Assembly (NCBI GenBank): GCA_000004695.1
Contig: CM000154.2
Coordinates: 160,001-224,000, forward strand
Length of the DNA stretch: 64,000 bases
Source: Dictyostelium discoideum
Taxonomy: Eukaryota
Reading direction: 5' to 3'
The notes under the pieces were generated by a model that saw only the letters and a list, made by a program, of their open reading frames with translations, made no database searches and was not told the DNA's origin. Made by a program: the position numbers and the translations under genes. How positions within the stretch are numbered: the first letter of the stretch is position 1; the number at the start of each line of letters is the position of its first letter. Below, in pieces: positions 56,482-64,000 of the stretch.

Positions 56482-56892
56482 TTTGTTTTGTTTAATTAAA
56501 AAAAAAAAAAAAAAATTTATTATTTGATTACTAAATTATTATGAGAAAAAAGTATTTTTTATTATTATTATTATTATTTTAAAAAAAAAAAAAAAAAAAT
56601 ATTATTTTTTTAATTATTTAAATTTGTAAACAATTGAAACAAAAACAACACAATTAACTGTTAAAAACAATTAAATTTATTATAAATGGATTTTGTATAT
56701 GGCAATTATTATGCATGTATATATGTTCAAGTGGTATAAATATATGATTAAATAAACATTAATAAAAAAAAAATATAAAAAAAATAAAAAAAGAAAATAA
56801 AAAAAATAATAAAAAAAAAAAAAAAATAATAATAAAAAAAATAAAATGATTTTTGTGTGTGAGAGTGCTGCTGTTTGATAATTAACCACACA

Positions 56893-56926
56893 TGTGTGTG
56901 TGTGTGTGTGGGTGTGTGTGTGTGTG
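56893..56926. repeat. (TG)n dinucleotide microsatellite (about 16 units, one G interruption) in the forC upstream region.
   Basis: catgtgtgtgtgtgtgtgtgggtgtgtgtgtgtgtgataa. Confidence 0.9.
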
Positions 56927-57194
56927 ATAATGTTTATAAATTGGGGGTATTTTTGGAGTGAGAGAAAATTATATTTTAGGGTAACATTAAATTTAATGAT
57001 AACAGTTACAAAAATATTACATACCTAGATTTAATTTTTAAAATTTCTGGTGATTGGAAGGAAAAAAAAAAAATAAAAAAAAATAAAAAAAAATAATTAT
57101 AAAAAAAAAAAAAAAGAAAATGTTAATAAATAAAACAATAAGTTATAATTAGGAATAAACAGAAATATTTAATGTGAGAGACAGAGAGAAGTAG

Positions 57195-57236
<42 letters not shown>

Positions 57237-57434
57237 AATTAATAACCAAAAAAAAGAGAGAAAGAAAGAAAGAAAAGAGTGAAATAAATAGATAGATGAG
57301 TTATTAATTCATCTATTAACATTGTCGGGGATAGATAAATATATATATATACATACAGGATTATCGGACATTAATAAATTATTATTTTAGGAATTTGTAA
57401 TATTGCGATATTGTAAATTATATCATTATCATTA

Positions 57435-57443
57435 TTATTTTTC

Positions 57444-57503
<60 letters not shown>

Positions 57504-58562
57504 TTCTTTTAATTTTTGTTTTAATAATGCCAATTTCTTTTGTTTATTAATTTGATCTAATCTAATTTGTTTTTGTTTTTCTTGTGATTCTTTTTCAATG
57601 ATAACTTTAGCTCTATTTAATTTAGTTTGTTCTTCTTCTCTTTTCATATCATCTATTTTTTGTTGTTTTTTTAATTGCTCTATATTTTCATCATCGTCAT
57701 CACTATCATCATTTAATTTATCCTCAATATTTTGTTCCCACAACTTTCGTTTATTTTCTCTTTCAATTTCTGGATGTATCATCATCATATTTTTATTATT
57801 ATTATTATTATTAATATTATTATTAATATTATTATTATTACTCATACCTGGAATTAACCTTGAGCTATGTATATTGCCATGATTATTAAAATTATTGAAA
57901 CTATCATTATAAGTATTAATATTATTTTTATTATTGTCATTATTATTATTATCAATATATTTTTGTTGAAAATCTACCAATGAGGATTTGTCATTTTCAT
58001 AATCATTTTGGTAGTTATTTGAATTGTTATTAAATTTTGATTGATCTTTATTCACTAAAATATCAATTGATTATTATTAATTTTAAATTTTTTTATTTAA
58101 GTTTATAAAGTTGTGGGTGAAGGGGGGGTCATTTTTTTAGATTGGGAAAAAAAAAAAGAAAAAGAAACTATAAATAATATTTTCACCCACTTTTTTAAAA
58201 AAAAATAAAATAATAAAAATAATAATAAGAATAACAACAACAAACTGAAACTCTAAAAAAAAAAAAAAAAAAAAAAAAAACTTACTTAGTTTATTATACA
58301 ATTTTGATTTTAAAAGTAAATTATTATAACTATTTTCAATGACTGAATCACCATCTTCAGTTTTATTAAAAGTTTCGACATCTTTTTGATTTCTTTGTGA
58401 TACTCCTCTGTTTGATTTATCACCATCATCATCATCATTATCATCAGAGAGTAATCTCATTGATTTGCTTGGTTTTGAATATGTAATACCTTTTTCTATC
58501 TGTGATTTAACTTGAGCTTCTTCATTTGAAACTACTGATTTTAATGTAAGAATCTACATTTT

Positions 58563-58605
<43 letters not shown>

Positions 58606-58716
58606 TTAATTAATTAATTTTATATTCCATTGTTTTGAAAAAAAAAAAAAAAATTTTTTTTTTTTACTTACAGAAGAAGCCGAAACACCTTCAATATCCT
58701 TTTTTGTTTTCCACAT
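57435..58716 (-). CDS. K/E/Q-rich coiled-coil protein of unknown function, at least 3 exons. Model complement(join(57435..58054,58286..58534,58668..58716)); the 5' exon junction is uncertain.
   Basis: The last exon enters through A|GTAAGT ... gatattttag|TG, giving ...LYNKL-M-NKDQSKF.... It carries heptad-rich KLWEQNIEDKLNDD...EQLKKQQKIDDMKREEEQTKLNRAKVIIEKESQEKQKQIRLDQINKQKKLALLKQKLKEKQ(Q)20. The middle exon (…VSNEEAQVKSQIEKGITYSKPSKSMRLLSDDNDDDDGDKS…) is open upstream of its first ATG. A candidate first exon is MWKTKKDIEGVSASS at 58716, with donor GTAAGT or GTAAAA. Two alternative acceptors are possible: cag|TA at 58535 or cacag|ATA at 58500. Confidence 0.4.
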
Positions 58717-58844
58717 AATTTAAACTTTCTTTTTTTGCACAAAATTCAAATGTTCAATAATATTATATTTTTTAAAAATGAAATGTAGGTATTAACAGAT
58801 AACCAAAAACTCTTTTTTTAATTAAAAATTTTAAAAAAAATAAA

Positions 58845-58880
<36 letters not shown>

Positions 58881-58981
58881 AAAAAATGTGTTAATTTTTA
58901 TTTTTAGATCTTTTTTATTTTTTATTTTTTTTTTTTTCATTTTTTTTTTAATTTTTTAAAAAATTTTATTATTATTAATAT

Positions 58982-59024
<43 letters not shown>

Positions 59025-59038
59025 TATAATAAATAATA

Positions 59039-59070
<32 letters not shown>

Positions 59071-59073
<3 letters not shown>

Positions 59074-62043
59074 GAAAATAATAATTATTTTAATATTAAA
59101 TATTTAATAGAAAATAAATTTCAAGAAAATAATGAATTTTTATTTTTTAAAGTTTGGAATAATCAATATTTAAAACATTTAATATGGAAAATTATAAAAT
59201 TAGCACCTATTGAAGGTGGAGAATTTAGAATTAGTTTAACATATGAACAAATTCATAATGTTAGATTAATATCAGAATTAGAATCATGTGGTCAACTATT
59301 TAAAGAAAAACTCTCAAAAAAAGAATTCCTTTCAATACCATTAAAATTGAAAACTGATTTCTTTTATAACACATGTCAATTTCAAGTTGAATTCTTTAAA
59401 GAGTTTATAAGAAATCATAGAATTCAATTACTATCACAAAGAAATCTATTTCAATATATTATACGTGCAGGTAATCTAAATGCATTGGAAGCATTTTTAA
59501 ATGAACCGTCAACATTAATAAACAACAATAATAATAATAATAATAATAAATGGGAATTTGTTAGAGATAAAACTCAATTAGGTGATTGGGCAGTCAGAGT
59601 TGGTAATTTAAAAATTTTAAATATTTTACAAAAGAATGGAGAAAAATCATTGACATTGGGTGGCGACGACTTATTTAATAATTTAACAAATAGAAGTTCA
59701 TATGAACCTGTTGATTTAGATAATTATGCAAGTAAACAAAAATCAATTATGAATGTACTAAATTATCTATTAGATAATAATTGGATAAAGTTGGATGACT
59801 TTAATAATGTTAAACCTTTGAAAATGTATAATATATTCTCTTATAAATATGGTATTGATTATTTTGAATTTTTCGATACGATTAAACAACATTTAAAATT
59901 TAGTGATTTACAACAACCAACATCATCAACAACATCACCATTAATTCAATTTCTATCAACCAATATTTTTGATGATACTCTAACATTTAATCATGTTTGT
60001 CATCTTTTAAATATTTTCAAATTTTCAATTAATAAATTTGAATTAAGTTCAACAACTACAACAACAACATCAACAACATCATCATCATTATCATCAAATC
60101 GTATTTATAAAGGTATTGAGTTTAATAATGAAAATGAAGGAAATTCAATAATTTCAAAATGTTTAAATAAAGTTGGATCTAAATTATTAGTTAGAGAATG
60201 GTTAAATGTTGTTGTTAATTTTTTTAGTGAACAGGATAAATTTAAATATCAAGATAAAATTGGTGAATATATATTATTTTCTAGTGATGATGATGATGGT
60301 GTAAATGAATATTTACAATTTCATAAAGGTCATACTTCTCTTTATGAATATGCTTATCAATTTGGTGATATTAAATTATTAAAAAGGTTAAATAATGGTT
60401 ATAATATTACAAATACAACTATTGTTGATGACCCTCTTTTAAAATATTCAAATCCATTCTCATTTGCAAAGAATAATTATAATTTATTTTCAAAGGCATC
60501 AAATGATGATAAAAGTATAGAATTAAAGATTAATTTCATTGATTGTTTATTAGAAATTTGTAATAAAAACTATCAAATTAATATAGACAATGATAATAAT
60601 AGTAATAATAATAATAGTATATTAGAAGGTTATTATGAAATATTGTTTTCTCAAGTATTCACATTCAATAATTCAATCATTTATTCACATTTATTAAATA
60701 ATTCCAAATTTATACCAAATTTAACATTTCAATTGTTAAAGAAAATTTCAAATTTTAAATATGGTAATCCATTTGAAAATATTGAAATTATTAAATTATT
60801 ATTTGAGAATAATCAAATAGATTTTAAAAATGAAGGTTTATTATTAAAAATTTTAATTTCATTCCTTAAAGTAAAGAATATTCAAAATTTAAATTGGTTA
60901 ATTAATTATGAGATTGGTAGTGAATTTATTTTTAAAAGATCATCAATAATTTATATTGATGGAATTCAAAATCATTATGTATTTTCAATATCTTATTTAA
61001 CAAAGAATGGTTTCTCTTGTACGTTTAGTGAAATCTATAAAAAAGCACTTCAATCTGAATCGTTTGACTTTTTAAAGATTTTAGTTGAAAATAGGAATGA
61101 ATCAATTTATGATAGTTGTGGTGGTGGTGATAATAGTGGTAAAGATATTAATGAAGTTTATAAAAATATTGGTATAAATTGGTTTAGGGGTAGAGTTTAT
61201 TTTGAGTATTTAATTAATGAAAATAAATTCAATATTTTAAAAAGATTTATTTTACCATCAATCTCTGATGAACAATGGTTAAATTATTATTTTCAATCAA
61301 AACAATATTCAAAATTTTATCAACATGTTTCTGATCAATTAAATAATAATAATAGTAAATCATGTTATTTATTATTGACTCAATTTGATTCAATTTTTGA
61401 AGAATTTAGAATTGCCCCAATGGATTTCATTTTAGGATTATTAGAATTACTTTTAAATCAATTTAGTAGTGGTGGTGGTGGTAGTAATAGTAGTTGTAAT
61501 CTTAAAATTTTAACAACAGAAAAGATTATTATATTTATAATTAATGAGTTGATTAAAGGTTCACATTTACCTGCAATTAAATTAATTCATGAAAAGTATC
61601 CTCAAATTTTTAAACTTAAACGTTCAAGTAGTGGTGGTGGTATAGGTACAGGTTTAGATGATGATGATGATGAAAAACCTCAATCAGTATGGTTATATTG
61701 TGCATTGGAAACTGGTTGTTTGGAAGTATTTAATTATCTTAGATATGATTTAGCATTAGAACTTGAACTTGATAAAGATCAATCATTTGAAGTTATATTA
61801 CCAACAATTTCAAAAACTTCAAATTTCTTATTTTTTGTGTATAATGTTTTCCCAAATATCAATTATCAAAAACCAAGTAAAAATACTGAACAAGATGATC
61901 CTTGGGAATATTATAAAATTGATTGGTTTTTTAAAAATATTTTAATTAATTCTCAAAAAGAAGAAGAAGAAGAAAAAGAAGAAAAAGAAGAACAAGAAAA
62001 TAATTTTTTAAGTTATGAAGATATGGATGGGTATATTTTTTAA
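59071..62043 (+). CDS. Hypothetical 990-aa protein (single exon), probably lineage-specific. Weak ankyrin-like helical hints; no catalytic motifs recognised.
   Basis: A long uninterrupted ORF with coding-like composition. Segments such as IIRAGNLNALEAFLNEP and DWAVRVGNLKILNILQKNG resemble ANK-type helix-turn motifs. The C-terminus is acidic, (E/K)-rich. A poly-A/T desert lies upstream, consistent with a promoter. Confidence 0.55.
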
Positions 62044-62148
62044 ATTGTAATATTAAAAATAAGAAAAAAAAAAAAAAAAAATTAAATAAAAATAAAAATA
62101 AAAATAAAAATAAAAACAAAAATAAAAATAAATAAAATTCAAATTAAC

Positions 62149-62189
<41 letters not shown>

Positions 62190-62823
62190 TATCAGTTTTT
62201 ATTGTAATTCATGATGATGGTGATAATAATGATGTTGATGTTGAAAATATAAATAGAATTAAAAAAAAAAAAAAAAAAAAAAAAATATTATTATGGGGTG
62301 GGTGTTTTGTTTTTTGTTTTATTTTTTTTTTTTTTTCTATTTATATGTGTATAAAATTACATTGTGATTATTTCCAAAAAAAGAGATCTCAAATTTGCAG
62401 CTTTTAACCTATTATGATAAAACAACCCAACAAAAAAAAAAAAAAAATCAAAAAAAAAAATTTTTAATTAATTTGTTTTATTTTTATTTTTATTTTTATT
62501 TTTTTTTTTTTATTTTTGGTTTTTTTTTTTTTTTTTGTAACAACTGCGCGATAAAACACTACACTTGTGGGGCATATTAATTTTTTTATTTTTGTTTTTT
62601 TTTTTTTTTTTTAAACATTTTCTTTTTATTTATTTATTTATTTAATTTTTTTTTTTAATTTTTTTTTTTTTTTTAATAATCAAACATTTTTATTTAATTA
62701 TTTATTCATTATATATATAAATATAAATATATAAATTTAATTAATTAATTTTAAAAAAAAAAAAAATAAAAATAAAAATAAAAAAAAAAAAAAAAAAAAA
62801 AAAAAAATAAATAAATAAAAAAA

Positions 62824-63695
62824 ATGGAACATTCAACTCCACTAAATGAAGAAATTGTACATAAAAAGAATGATGAAAATTGGGTAATTGCACAAAAAAA
62901 AGTATTTACAAATTGGTGTAATATTTTTTTAAATCAACGTTCTCAAAAGATTGAAGATTTGGAAACAGATCTTTATGATGGAATTTTGTTGGGTTCTCTA
63001 TTGGAGATATTAAGTGGAAAGAATGTAATTCTTTCAAAATGTAAACAATTGAAAACTAGACTTCACTATATCAACAATTTGAATTTCTCTCTAAAGTTTA
63101 TAGGTGATGAAGGATTACGTTTAGTTGGTGTGGCATCTGAAGATATCACTGACGGGAATTTGAAATTAATCTTGGGTTTAGTTTGGACTTTAATTTTACG
63201 TTATCAAATTCAATCTATGCAAAATTCAAAATCAAGTCAACAAAATCTTCATTCCTCAACTAAACCATCTGAATTAATGTTAAATTGGGTAAAATCTCAA
63301 ATTTCTGATTATGGTCATCATATTAAAGATTTAACAACAAGGTAAATTATTTAATTTTTTTAAAAATATATTTTTTTTTTTTTTCTATTTTTAAAAAAAT
63401 ACATACATACACAAATGAAAATATGGGGGGAAGGATATTTTTTTTTTTTTTTTTTGACACACTTTTTATAAATCTCTTATTTTTTATTTTTATATTTTTT
63501 TTTTATTTTTTTTAATTTTTTTTCTTTTTTTTTTTTTTTTTTTTTTTTTTTGTTTTTTTTTTTTGCCGGCTTAAATTAAAATTTTTATTTTTATTTTTAT
63601 TTTTATAATTTATAAAAAAAAAACAAAACCAAACTTTTTTGGATACTAATAATTAATCCAATTAAAATTTTTTTTTTTCATTTTCATAAAAAATT

Positions 63696-63726
<31 letters not shown>

Positions 63727-64000
63727 CAATTTTAAAAATTCATACTTATAAACTATAGTTTCCAAAACGGTTTATTATTTTGTGCACTAGTTCATAAATT
63801 GGTACCAGAGAAATTAGATTATAAATCTTTAAGTGAAAGTGATTCATTAGGAAATCTTACACTTGCATTTGAAGTCGCAAATAAAGAATTAGGAATTCCA
63901 TCAATTTTAGATCCACATGATATCATTACAACACCTGATGAATTATCAATTTTAACATACATTTCATTATTTCCAAAAGTTTATCAACAAACTTTAGAAC
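62824..64000 (+). CDS. Actin-binding protein with a filamin/alpha-actinin-type tandem calponin-homology (CH1-CH2) domain, 5' portion only. join(62824..63341,63759..>64000).
   Basis: CH1: KKVFTNWCNIFL...IEDLETDLYDGILLGSLLEILSGK...IGDEGLRLVGVASEDITDGNLKLILGLVWTLILRYQIQ. This is close to Dictyostelium filamin/ABP120 KTFTGWANNYL...IEDLATSLEDGVLLINLLEIIS...KLILGLIWTLILRYQIQ, but with a different N-terminus, so probably a paralogue. Exon 1 ends AG|GTAAAT. A 417-nt intron ends aactatag. CH2 reads S-FQNGLLFCALVHKLVPEKLDYKSL...LTLAFEVANKELGIPSILDPHDI...DELSILTYISLFPKVY. The gene runs off the window end. Confidence 0.75.

Noticed and set aside
58137-58460. Treating the ORF-track start MRLLSDD (58460) as the true start of the coiled-coil gene
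   Set aside because: The frame is open and coding-like for another 25 codons upstream (VSNEEAQVKSQIEKGITYSKPSKS) with no ATG, which implies a further 5' exon. It is kept as an uncertain model rather than a defined start.

Overview
This window looks like nuclear DNA from a dictyostelid social amoeba, most likely Dictyostelium discoideum. That is an inference from the sequence, not a database hit. It rests on about 78-80% A+T overall, near-pure A/T intergenic and intronic tracts with poly(A)/poly(T) runs up to about 60 nt, long (AAT)n and (CAA)n arrays encoding poly-Asn and poly-Gln inside ORFs, and short AT-rich GT...AG introns. It also rests on lineage-specific gene families: an FNIP-repeat protein, a Sib integrin-beta-like adhesion receptor, and a formin lacking FH1.

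Coordinates marked 'model' were derived by hand from the sequence and anchored to the ORF-track boundaries; they may be off by a few nucleotides.

- The window is gene-dense, with about 24 protein-coding genes (roughly one per 2.6 kb) on both strands. Most are interrupted by one to four short introns.
- I found no rRNA, tRNA or CRISPR features.
- Many ORF-track 'M' starts are really TTG/GTG codons inside longer exons, and several genes continue through introns the track cannot see.
- Confidently recognised products: DHX37/Dhr1 DEAH helicase, with a 5' exon the ORF track misses; adrenodoxin reductase (FDXR); a sedolisin/TPP1-family peptidase; an FNIP-repeat protein; VPS51 (5 exons); DDX41 DEAD-box helicase with its C-terminal CCHC knuckle; and a DEDDh exonuclease.
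- Also recognised: a Frizzled-type CRD membrane protein; a Sib adhesion receptor with a GxxxG transmembrane segment and two NPxY motifs; a G8 / beta-helix protein; an adenosine deaminase carrying a second, catalytically degenerate ADA-like domain; a formin lacking FH1 (ForC-like, 1158 aa); and the start of a filamin-type tandem-CH actin-binding protein.
- Non-genic points of interest: a roughly 167-bp near-perfect palindrome plus an adjacent hairpin at 12.1-12.4 kb, next to one copy of a dispersed 60-110 bp repeat; the same repeat occurs as an inverted pair at 190-642; a compositionally aberrant G-run segment at 28.4-28.9 kb; and very long pure trinucleotide microsatellites that make up whole introns.
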